This document shows, one piece after another, positions 1 to 11,099 of a stretch of 64,000 nucleotides of DNA. The position numbers and the translations under genes were made by a program. Origin of the DNA: Octopus bimaculoides. Taxonomy: Eukaryota. The first letter of the stretch is position 1. Each line of letters begins with the position of its first letter. Below the pieces are notes generated by a model. It was not told the DNA's origin. It did no database searches and saw only the letters and a program-made list of their open reading frames with translations. The stretch covers positions 53,769,903-53,833,902 of the forward strand of contig NC_068985.1 in the NCBI RefSeq assembly GCF_001194135.2. Reading direction: 5' to 3'.

Positions 1-47
<47 letters not shown>

Positions 48-125
48 ATACACATCTCTCTCTTTTTCTCTCTCTCTTTCTCTCTCTCTATATATATACA
101 CACACACATACACACATACACGTAT

Positions 126-430
126 ATGGCTTAGTAGTTAGGGGTATTTGGTTCACAATTGTAAGGTTGTGAGTTCAATACCTGGCAGTGTGTTGTGTCC
201 TTGAGCAAGACACTTTATTTCAAGTTTCTCCAGTCAAGTCAGCAGCAAAAATGAGTAGTACCTGTATTTCAAAGGGCCAGCCTCATCACATTCTGTGTCA
301 CACTGAACCTCCCTGAGAACTACATTAAGGGTCTGTGGAGTGCTTAGCCACTTGTGCATTAATTACACAAGTATGTTGTTCTGTTGATTGGATCAATGGG
401 AGCCCTCGTCTTTGTAACTGATGGAGTGCC
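126..430 (+). mobile_element. tRNA-derived SINE (head + TGTGTCCTTGAGCAAGACAC core + ...GATCAA(C)TGG tail), CpG-decayed copy
   Basis: A/B-box-like head (GGCTTAGTAGTTAG ... GTTCAATACC). Related copies occur at 42950-43090 (+) and 47340-47640 (-). Confidence 0.75.
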
Positions 431-914
431 ACACATGCATGTATATATTGTATGGGTTGGTGAATATTTGTTTTCAAATGAAGAACAAAATACTCAGTAC
501 ATAAAGTAGCATATATTTTCCTCTTTTTGTAAAAATTTCAAGCTTCTTGAATTGTTATTGACTTTCATGTTCCCAGTTATTCAAGCAATTGACATAGGAA
601 AACAGCATGACAATATATAAGCAAAAAGAAACAAAACAAAAGAACACTATTATATAAGACTATTCATTAAGATTTGATTGCTTGCCTAATAACTGTTGGA
701 AAAAAAACCTCTCACATTCATCTATTTAATTATTTCATGTAGAAAATATATCTACCACTTCACATGCAAAAAAGAAAATATATTTTCATGTATTCAGTAC
801 CACATGTGTAAGACACATGAAAGCAAGGAAGTTTTAGTCTTAGAAAATGACGAATTCTTTAAGTGGAATATAAATAATTTTAGTCTCTTTGTATTTGAAA
901 ATTCTTCTAGAAAA

Positions 915-961
915 ATGGTTGGAAGCGTCTGCAAGATTTCATTAATTTTGCTTGTCCTGTG
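915..961 (+). CDS. candidate first coding exon, signal peptide MVGSVCKISLILLVL
   Basis: Acceptor TTCTTCTAG ends at 910, ATG at 915, then a basic residue plus hydrophobic ISLILLVL. Donor TG|GTGAGA at 962 (phase 2). The link to the LDLa exons is inferred and needs a phase 2-to-1 bridging exon. Confidence 0.4.
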
Positions 962-2149
962 GTGAGAGACAAAGAGAATACCTCCTGGAGCCATCATTGT
1001 CACCAACATGTGTTCTGCAATAGACCAATTGATTTTATAATTGTTTTATCATTCTGTAAACTCCAGTCATATATATAAATGGATAGTGAGGTGATAGCAT
1101 ACTTCTAAGTATTTGAAGGTGTATCCATACAGTGAGAATTTTTTAAAAGTGATTTTCAATAAGCTTGCAAATATAATTAACTAAGTAACTATATAAGCTC
1201 AGTAAACTAATATAAGAGAATATAAATCAGCAGGAAGTCAGATATTAAATTGTTATGATTAGAGAGAGAGAGAGATTTTTACCATATCTGTACTGGAATC
1301 TTTTTTTCTGTTTATTCTGGCTATGGAAGCAGCAAAGTTCTTGATACAACTGTAGTTCATCTTAACACTATTGCCGTTAAAGATTTTACAATATTTATGG
1401 TTGGTGGAGAAGTGCTTATTTATTCAGTCAAAGAAAATTTTTATTTGACTGTCATTTTTCGTGTACAGCACATTCCCATACTAACAGTCTTCTTTCTCTT
1501 GAAACACGATTCTTCTTATACCCAGTTTTTTCTCTCAGTTCATATGCACTCCAGTATTTGTGTACACTAACATTATACATACAGTATAGTATGCTTGCTT
1601 TATTTCTTTCCTGTACTGAAAGCCATTTATTTCACCACCATGCAGCATTGCAATTCAAACACAAGCTTCATACTGTCTACCCTTCACTCTGAGGTAGAAG
1701 ACTTATGTTGCTAGCAGAAGTAACAGTCCACTGAAGTTTTTCCACCTTGTTTTCACTCTGCCTATTATACTTTTGGAACATCCACCATCACAGCATATTA
1801 ATACTACCTATATAACAGATAACAGGAGCCCCCAGCTATGTCTAGAAAGCCTTTTAATTATAAAAAGTAGATTCCTTACTTCTGATGTGTCCTTAGTGCT
1901 TATTGCCTCTGTGAATCTTCCACATACAAACTTTGTTCTCTCCATTAGCCTGTCTGTGGTTCCACTACACCTCCTGTGCATCTATAGCTTACATTGGGTA
2001 CAACATCTTGAATTTTGACCTATTCATTTACTTCATATCAAGCAAGGCCATTTCCCTGATTGTAGCAAGGTCCTGTCATTTTCCCAATTTACTATAGACT
2101 TTGCAAAGTTTACTTTGAGGCCTTTCAATTCTAGATTTTTATTCTTTTA

Positions 2150-2352
2150 TCCTTTTATTTGTTTGTCATTTGACTGCAGCCGTGCTAGAGCATCGCCTTT
2201 AGTCAAACATATCGGCCCCAGGACTTATTCTTTGTAAGCCTAGCCTACTACTTATTCTATCAGTCTCTTTTACCGAACCTCTAAGTTATGGGAATGTAAA
2301 CACACCAACATCGATTGTCAAGCGATGGTGGGGAGACAAACACAGACACACA

Positions 2353-2398
<46 letters not shown>

Positions 2399-2430
2399 AT
2401 GAGCTTCTTTCAGTTTCTGTCTACCAAAAA
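2150..2430 (-). mobile_element. CORE-like SINE with ...CAGTCAAATGACTGAAACAAGTAAAAGA tail
   Basis: Same family at 4960-5330(-), 5350-5795(-), 8105-8470(-), 13195-13610(-), 21815-22055(+) and 28026-28240(+). Each has an internal (TA/CA)n tract. Confidence 0.8.
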
Positions 2431-3145
2431 TTCCAAATTTTATTTAATTTGCTTTGCGGGAAGGACTGTTCCAACGAAGTCGTGTATTGTCCTTGCCTTC
2501 GAAACACGGAGTAGATGGAGCAGGGACAACTGATGAAGGGAAATATTCTTNNNNNNNNNNNNNNNNNNNNNNNNNNNNNNNNNNNNNNNNNNNNNNNNNN
2601 NNNNNNNNNNNNNNNNNNNNNNNNNNNNNNNNNNNNNNNNNNNNNNNNNNNNNNNNNNNNNNNNNNNNNNNNNNNNNNNNNNNNNNNNNNNNNNNNNNNN
2701 NNNNNNNNNNNNNNNNNNNNNNNNNNNNNNNNNNNNNNNNNNNNNNNNNNNNNNNNNNNNNNNNNNNNNNNNNNNNNNNNNNNNNNNNNNNNNNNNNNNN
2801 NNNNNNNNNNNNNNNNNNNNNNNNNNNNNNNNNNNNNNNNNNNNNNNNNNNNNNNNNNNNNNNNNNNNNNNNNNNNNNNNNNNNNNNNNNNNNNNNNNNN
2901 NNNNNNATATATATATATATATCATCACATTCATCTTTTAAAATCTATCCTCCTTGCTAGTATGGGATGGATGATTTGTTAGGATCCATTGGGTTTCAGG
3001 ACAGTATTGTACTCCAATGGTACATGCACACACACACACACACACACACCCTTCCAGGGAACCAGGGAAAAGACTGATCAATGGGATTCAAATGTATTTA
3101 ATATGACGTAACTGTCTGTCTGTCTATCAGTCTATCTCTGTGTAT

Positions 3146-3336
3146 ATCATCATCATCATCATCATCATCGTTTAACGTCCGCTTTCCATGCTAGCATGGG
3201 TTGGACGATTTGTCTGAGGACTGGTGAAACCGGATGGCAACACCAGGCTCCAGTCTAATTTGGCAGAGTTTCTACAGCTGGATGCCCTTCCTAACGCCAA
3301 CCACTCAGAGAGTGTAGTGGGTGCTTTTACGTGTCA
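3146..3336 (-). mobile_element. RTE-type tail repeat ending ...GGAAAGCGGACGTTAAACG(ATG)n
   Basis: Near-identical to 7134-7330(-) and 18575-18795(+). The short-tandem tail is typical of RTE-clade elements and their SINEs. Confidence 0.7.
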
Positions 3337-3982
3337 NNNNNNNNNNNNNNNNNNNNNNNNNNNNNNNNNNNNNNNNNNNNNNNNNNNNNNNNNNNNNNNN
3401 NNNNNNNNNNNNNNNNNNNNNNNNNNNNNNNNNNNNNNNNNNNNNNNNNNNNNNNNNNNNNNNNNNNNNNNNNNNNNNNNNNNNNNNNNNNNNNNNNNNN
3501 NNNNNNNNNNNNNNNNNNNNNNNNNNNNNNNNNNNNNNNNNNNNNNNNNNNNNNNNNNNNNNNNNNNNNNNNNNNNNNNNNNNNNNNNNNNNNNNNNNNN
3601 NNNNNNNNNNNNNNNNNNNNNNNNNNNNNNNNNNNNNNNNNNNNNNNNNNNNNNNNNNNNNNNNNNNNNNNNNNNNNNNNNNNNNNNNNNNNNNNNNNNN
3701 NNNNNNNNNNNNNNNNNNNNNNNNNNNNNNNNNNNNNNNNNNNNNNNNNNNNNNNNNNNNNNNNNNNNNNNNNNNNNNNNNNNNNNNNNNNNNNNNNNNN
3801 NNNNNNNNNNNNNNNNNNNNNNNNNNNNNNNNNNNNNNNNNNNNNNNNNNNNNNNNNNNNNNNNNNNNNNNNNNNNNNNNNNNNNNNNNNNNNNNNNNNN
3901 NNNNNNNNNNNNNNNNNNNNNNNNNNNNNNNNNNNNNNNNNNNNNNNNNNNNNNNNNNNNNNNNNNNNNNNNNNNNNNNNNN

Positions 3983-4015
<33 letters not shown>

Positions 4016-4021
4016 TACACA

Positions 4022-4945
4022 CAGGGTACGATGAATAAACTGTTGTTTAAATTACACAAAAATGAAAATAACACTGACATCTCATTTTAATAGATATATT
4101 TACCAAAATTACATAAAAATAATCTTGAAATACTAAAGAGTAAATTTATTCAATAAAACCGCCATTGACTTCAACCATGGCCTCCAGATGACTTCGCAAT
4201 CCTCTGCAACCCTTCTGGACGGTCTCTTTGTTTAAGGTGGTGAATGCTGCCATAATCCTTGCCTTCAGCTCATCTTTGGTGTTTCAAGGAGTTTTATTTG
4301 TCCCTTGCTTAACTGCATCCTATGCATAATAATCAAGGGGGTGGCAGTCTGGGGAGTTATGTGGCCAGATGTTAGGGGTGAGGTATTCACAGAAATTGTC
4401 TGACAACCATGACTGAGTTCTCTTGCTTGTTGGCATGGTGCAGAGTTCTGTTGTCAGACATAGGATCTTCCAGCAGCCACCCTTTTGACCCAGAGCAGTA
4501 CTACCTCTTCCAGGCACTTGATGTATGGCTCCATGTTGAGTGTGAGGCAGTGTGGGAAGAAGAATAGAGGCATAACATCGCCATCACTAGTTATCATTCC
4601 AAACACCTTGATCTTGACTGGATGTTTGATTTTTTTTATCACTCTTGGTACATGTCCTCAGATTGCAGTCTTCTCAGATTGCAGTATTCTCAGATTGCAG
4701 TCTTCTCAGATTGACACCCAAACACTCTGAAATGTTCATATTGGAACTTTGGGCACAAATGCCAATCAGCTCAGCATGTGGTTTCCAAATTTCTGGCAGA
4801 GTGAATTGCATCATGGTAATGTTTCTCTCACAGATGGTGCCCAACTGACTCTACTATACTATGCAGTCAATAAAATCAAAAACAAACAATGCACATGTGT
4901 GAAATTAAAAATTTAAAACAGCAACAATTTACCCATCTCACCCTG
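4022..4945 (-). mobile_element. internally deleted Tc1/mariner DD37D (maT-like) transposon
   Basis: Imperfect TIRs CAGGGT..GATG..TAAA.TGTTG at both ends and a TA at 4946-47. Minus-strand transposase remnant reads VFGMITSDGDVMP...QQ(D/N)SAPC...WPHNSPDCHPLDYY...KDELKARIMAAF...LEAMVEVNGGFIE*, with 37 residues between the 2nd and 3rd catalytic positions. Frameshifted. Confidence 0.85.
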
Positions 4946-5146
4946 TATGTATATATATATTCTTTTATTCTTTTATTTGTTTCAGTCATTTGACTGCAAC
5001 CATGCTGGAGCACTGCCTTTAGTTGAACAAATCAACCTCAGGACTTATTCTTTGTAAGCCTAGTACTTATTCTATCGGTCTCTTTTGCCGAACTACTAAG
5101 TTACAGGGAAGTAAACACATCAACATCGGTTGTCAAGCAATGTTGG

Positions 5147-5230
<84 letters not shown>

Positions 5231-5594
5231 TGGGCTTCTTTCAGTTTCCATCTACCAAATCTTCTCACAAGGTTTTGGTCAGCCTGAGGCTATAGTAGAA
5301 GGAACTTGCCCAAGGTGCCACACAGTGGAACTACATATATGTACATATATATTCAGTACATATTACTTGCTTCAGTCATTAGGTTGCAGCCATGCCTGGG
5401 CACGTCAAACGAATCAACTCTAGTACTTTAAAGCTTGATATTTACTCTATCAGTCTCTTCTGCTAAACTACTAGGCTACAGGGACTTAAACATACCAACA
5501 CCAGTTGTCAAGCAGTGTTGAGGGCACAAAAACATACACACATACAGACATGCATACATACACATTTACATACATACATACATACATAATACAC

Positions 5595-5643
<49 letters not shown>

Positions 5644-6247
5644 GATAGGCTTTTTTCAGTTTCCATCTATTAAATCCACTCACAAGGTTTTGGTTGGCCT
5701 GAGGTTACAGTAGAAGGCACTTATCTAAGGCACCATATAGTGGGACTGAAACTATATGGTTGGGAAGCAAACTTCTTACCATGCAGCCATGCTGTCTGTC
5801 ATGTTTGCTCATTTATACTTTAGCATTGTTTTGCTTTTAATGACAACAAATTGAGAAATATTATGAATAAAGCATTGAAATCGTGATGACTTTTGTTTGA
5901 CAACTGATGAAGGGTGAGTGTCCACACCTGTTGTGATTTTTCATGCTCTCCAAACTAACACTGGTTATCAAATTATGGGGTGGGAGACCAGCATGAACTC
6001 ACACACACACATATACACGCACATACTTACACTCCACTCACACACTCTTACATGATAAATTTCCAAACAGTTTCTGTTGACCAAATCTATTTACAAGGCT
6101 TTGGTTGGCTCAGGGCTATTGTAGAAGACACAAGCCCAATGTGTCATTTAGTGAGATTGAACCTGAATCCATAGCATTGCAAAGCAAATTTCTAAGTCAT
6201 ATGACCACACCTGCATCTGTTCATTTTTCAATATGTTCTCTGTTTTA

Positions 6248-6490
6248 GGCAGCGAGCTGGCAGAAACGTTAGCACACTGTGCAAAATGTATAGCGGTATT
6301 TCATCTGTCTTTACATTCTGAGTTCAAATTTTGCCGAGGTCGACTTTGCCATTTATCCTTTTGTGGTTGATAAATTAAGTACCAGTCGATCTAATTGACT
6401 GGGTCGATCTAATTGACTGGGTCGATTTAATTGACTGGGTTGATCTAATTGACTGGCTCCCTCCCCAAAAATTTCGGTAGAAAAGAATGT
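6248..6490 (+). mobile_element. tRNA-derived SINE (GGCGAGCTGGCAGAA head) with internal 4x18-bp tandem repeat
   Basis: A-box TGGCAGAAACG and B-box GTTCAAATT. GTCGATCTAATTGACTGG is repeated four times at 6385-6456. A TSD-like ATGTTCTYTGTTTT lies on both sides. Confidence 0.8.
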
Positions 6491-6519
6491 TCTTTGTTTT
6501 TAGAAAGATTGTAAATGAT

Positions 6520-7040
6520 ATTTAGAACGTTTATTACTGAACTGATTTATGGTTTATAGAATGTTCACTGTTGTGCTGTTTGTTTGCAGAATGTTCATAC
6601 CTTTTTATGACTATTGTTTACTAACTTTTCACATATCTAATAACTATTGTTTACAGACTGTTCACTCTCCTAATAACTATTGCTTACAGAATACAATTAA
6701 TATCCTGTGTTTATGTAATATTCACAGTTTACTAATTATGATTTGCAGAGTGTTCACTGACATACAGTGATTAGTGTTCATGAAAAAACATCACTATTAC
6801 ACCAATGATTGTTCACAAATTGTTCACTTTTTATAGTGATAATTGTTTACAGAATGCTCACTATTTTACTAACATTAGTTCGCATAATGTTCACTGCCAT
6901 GTTGGTGATAGCCTACACATATTTTGCTGATGTTTTATTGATTGTTTACTGATTGCTGACAGACTTTACTGATGTTATGATGATTGTTTACAGAATGCTC
7001 ATAGTATTGCTAACAATTGCCTCAATAACACTGTAACAAT
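6520..7040. repeat. degenerate minisatellite, ~33-bp unit (ATTGTTTACAGAATGTTCACT...)
   Basis: Recurring TGTTTACAGAATG(T/C)TCAC motif at roughly regular spacing. Confidence 0.65.
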
Positions 7041-7133
7041 TTTTGTCCTTTGGTAGCAACTGTTATTTCTTATTTGCTTAACCCTTGAAAGTATGAAAAA
7101 TGGCTGATATTTCCTTCAAACTTTGCTTTTGTT

Positions 7134-7570
7134 ACATCATCATCATCTTCGTTTAACGTCTGCTTTCCATGCTAGCATGGGTTGGACGATTTTACTGAGG
7201 ACTGGTGAAACCAGATGGCTACACCAGGCTCCAATCTGATTTGGCAGAGTTTCTACAGCTGGATGCCCTTCCTAATGCCAACCACTCCGAGAGTGTAGTG
7301 GGTGCTTTTTATGTGTCACCGGCACAAAGGCCAGTCAGGCAGTACTGGCAATGGTCACGCTCAAAATTGGTGTATTTTATGTGCCACCTACAGAAGAGCC
7401 AGTCCAGGGGCTCTCGCTTGAAAGTCCTTACACATGCCACAGGCACAAGTGCCAGAAAGGCGACGCTGGACATAGGTGCCGTCACGATTTTGCTTTTGCT
7501 TGCCCCAACAGGTCTTTGCAAGCTGAGTTTCGTGTCCAATGAAGAAGACGACGTTGGCATGGGTGCCAGT
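7134..7570 (-). mobile_element. RTE-tail repeat, longer copy
   Basis: (CAT)n tail at 7134-7147. High identity to 3146-3336 and 18575-18795. Confidence 0.75.
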
Positions 7571-9675
7571 CTTACATTTGTTCAAATCCCAAAGAATCCT
7601 TTTCAACACGTGGCTTATGATCAGAGATCCGCATATTGTCAGCCACTTTGTAACATGCTCAAGTGGTTAAGGTCAAGCAACTGACAAGCAAATCTGTGGT
7701 ACTGAGTAGAATATTTGCTATAATGATATTTCTGAAATTCAGCAACTCAACTGAATCTGTCTGAAGTGTAATGAAAAATAGGTCAGTTTCAAAACATTAT
7801 TGTTCAGGTCACAAAAGCAAAGTTTGAAGGGAATAATAGTCATTTCCTTTGATTTCTAGATAAAAGCAAATAGAAAATAACACTTACTGACCAAAAACGA
7901 AAAAAAAAATGTTAAATGTTCACTGCCTTGCTGAATATTGTCAGCAAACATTTCATTAATATATTATGAATAATTTCAAAATGCTCGCTTCATTTTTCTA
8001 ATAATTGCTTAAATGCTGGTCACTTTTGCTGTTGAATATGCATAAATCTCTTTTAATTTACTATGTCAATTAAAATATGGATATTAATGAAATATGGATC
8101 TTTTTTTTATCTTCTTTTACTTGTTTCAGTCATTGGATTTCAGCCATGCTGTGGCACTACTGCAAAGTGTTTAGTTGAGTAGATCAACCCCAGTACCTAC
8201 TTTTTAAGTCTGGTACTTATTCTATCAGTCTCTCTTGATGAACCACTTAGTTCCAGGAATGTAAACAAACCAACAGCAGTTGGCAAGAAGAGGGATGGTA
8301 GACAAACATACACATATGTATACACAGTTTCCATCTACCAGATTCACTCACAGGGTATTGGTTGGCCTAGGGCAATAGCAAAAGATATTTGTATGAGGTG
8401 CCACACAGTAGGACTGAACCCAAAACCATGAGATTGCAAAGCTTCTGAATCATACAACCATGACTGCTCCTATAAGGATGCTATTTAAATGTTTACCAAA
8501 TGATTTGATCTTTATCCTTTATGGCTATAGTGATAGAACTCATATTAGACAGCTGCTGCTTCTTATCACCTTCTTTAGGAGACAAACACAACACTATATT
8601 ACTATGAAGATTTTCACATGTTGTTATACACTGCTGGTTGCAATGCACTTCCTTGCAATGTTATAGCTTTTGAATGAAGCCACTTTGCTGGATACGCAGG
8701 GAGGCCAATATTCCTCATGAATGGAATGTCAGTCAATTACGTGGTTATCCATTTACAGCTGAGTAGACTGATGCAACATTCAATGATGTTTTGCTCAAGA
8801 ACACAATGCCCTTCTGGTCTGGGAATCAAAATTACAATTTTGTGATTGTGTGTGTGTCACCCTAACCACTAAGCAACACACCATCATCATATATATGATA
8901 AGGGTTATTATTCAGGGATCTGAGTGTAGGAAGTTTGTAAGCTTCAAGCAGTGAGTGGTAGGTATAAGACTGAAGATTCTTCTCAATTCTGCATTTTTAT
9001 GTGTGTATGTATGTGTTAATTTATGAGAGATAAAGAGATTACATACTGTTTGTCTTAGAGAAATTCATAAATTAACATATACAAGACTCCACTTAATTCC
9101 CCCACTACAATTTAATATGAAGAGATAACAAGAGTTATCTCCCCATGGTACCTAATTATAGATAATGGGACAGAGTCAGAGACACAGAAAAGTCTTGTTG
9201 ATGTGTTATGACCTAGAGATGCTTATTCAGCCAGCATAAAGGGGTGTTCCAAAAATAGAGTAGCATTTGAAGATATTTTACATAAAAATCTTGATAGACA
9301 AATGAGACATAGGATTTGGGGTGGGTGGGGGGTTCCTTACCACCTACAGCACTTCATTGTCTTGAATTCTTCTGTCTATATTCTCTTTCTCTCTCTCTTT
9401 CTTTCTCCTGTGAATTTAGAATTATTATTATTGCTGTTGTTGTTCTTGGTATAATAAATGTTGCTGGCAGTCTGTAAGAAGAAATACTTAGTAGCATTTC
9501 TTTTGGCTCTTTATATTCTGAGTTCAAATCCTGCTAAGGTCAACTTTGCATTTCATCCTTTTGAGATTGATAAAATAAGTACCATTTGAGAACTGGAGTC
9601 AATGTTATCAACTACTCTCTTCTAGAATTGCTGGCTTTATGCCTAAAGAAGAAGGAATCGTTACTATTATTATTG

Positions 9676-10140
9676 AGAGAGCAAAGTGACACTGGGGTAA
9701 AATATATGAAGCCCATCCATTATATCTCCCCATCTGATAAGGGTACACCAAGCAAATGCATCACAACCATATGTGCATATGTGACCTTAAGATAAACAGT
9801 GCATGACGTTGCAGGCAGGACCCAGTTAGAATTTTCTTCCAGTCTAGTAGCCCATACCACTCAAAAGGTCCCTGAATAAGGGTTGTTTAAGGACATTGAA
9901 TGAAACACCCAGGTTCTCAGAAGTGAATTATTCAAACCCCAAAGAATTCCTCTCAACACATGGCTATGATGCTCCCCCCACTGTTTCTGCTCATGATCAG
10001 AGATGCACATATTGTCAGCCACTAAGGGACATGCTCAACTGATTAAGGTCAAACAACTGACAAGCAAATCTGTGGTATTGAACAGAATATTTGCTGTAGC
10101 CCATCTTTTATACCAAGACAAAACATGTACATGACAACAC
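9676..10140 (-). repeat. ~450-bp dispersed repeat without a tRNA head, abutting (TAA)n
   Basis: Second copy at 54240-54690 and a partial copy at 7575-7720. Shared blocks include GATAAGGGTACACCA, AAGTCCCTGAATAAG and CAGAGATGCACATAT. Confidence 0.8.
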
Positions 10141-10150
10141 TTCTAGTCAC

Positions 10151-10183
<33 letters not shown>

Positions 10184-10185
<2 letters not shown>

Positions 10186-10358
10186 GGTGGTGAGCTGGCA
10201 AAATTGTTAGCATGCCGAGCAAAATTCTTTGCAGCATTTTGTCTGTCTTTACATTCTGAGTTCAAATTTCACTGAGGTCAACTTTGCCTTTCATCCTTTC
10301 GGGGGTTGATAAATTAAGTAACCACAAAATTTCAGGCCTTGTGCCTTGTGTAGAAAGG

Positions 10359-10360
<2 letters not shown>
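10184..10360 (+). mobile_element. tRNA-derived SINE embedded in (ATT)n
   Basis: GGTGAGCTGGCAAAATTGTTAGC head, GTTCAAATTTC B-box, tail ...GTAGAAAGG(ATT)n. Confidence 0.85.
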
Positions 10361-10407
<47 letters not shown>

Positions 10408-10420
10408 ATTTGTGTTGTAG

Positions 10421-10534
10421 AATGTGATTTCCAGAAACAGTTCCAATGTGGAAATGGAATCTGTATGTCCCACAAACATTGGTGCAACAATGTTAGAGAT
10501 TGTTCTGATGGTTCTGATGAATTGCCAGGATGCA
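10421..10534 (+). CDS. LDLa repeat exon 1: CDFQKQFQCGNGICMSHKHWCNNVRDCSDGSDELPGC
   Basis: TTGTAG| acceptor and A|GTAAGT donor, 114 nt, phase 1-1. Six Cys in LDLa spacing with the DCSDGSDE acidic motif. Confidence 0.92.
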
Positions 10535-11099
10535 GTAAGTCATTCTACAATATTTTCCTTCAATATATTTATTTTATGTATTTTATGTTAACTTGTTAAC
10601 TGTCTTGTTTTTATGATGTGTTTTTTTTTTAACAATAGCATCTTTGATTGCAAGTTTCAAATGCTCTAGTCAATGGTTCCTTTCATTGTAACAGCAAGAA
10701 GGGAAAGTCTGTACAAACTTGTGTGGCATAAATACCAAAAGGCATTTTGCTTGAAAACACCACTTGATTGGTTTTCTTGGTGATGTTTACATCATTCACT
10801 GTTATACAGCTCCTAAGGGAATACATATGCACACATATACTCACATTATCATCATCATCACTACCCTATTTAATGTTCATGCCCCATATTGGTACTGATT
10901 GGATGATTTGACAGGATCCAATACATCCAAGGACTGCATCAATCTCCTGTGTCTACTTTAGCATAGATTATACAGCTGGAGATCTTTCCTAATGCTATTT
11001 ACTTTATAGATTGTACTTGGGGCCTCTTTTTGTGCCACCAGCAGCTTGCAACAGGAACCTGTGAGAAGCAGCTTTATGCTAAGAGATGCTGACTATGTA

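Noticed and set aside
2440-4090. Long ORFs of 155-288 aa in the ORF track
   Set aside because: They consist of X residues across N-gaps (2551-2906, 3337-3982). The same applies at 19807-19843, 21715-21814, 27526-28024, 29254-29573, 35771-35874, 36421-36993, 43541-44030 and 57315-58030.
7205-7684. 159-aa ORF MKPDGYTRLQSDLAEFLQ...
   Set aside because: It lies antisense within a high-copy repeat and runs into a second repeat; no domain is recognisable.
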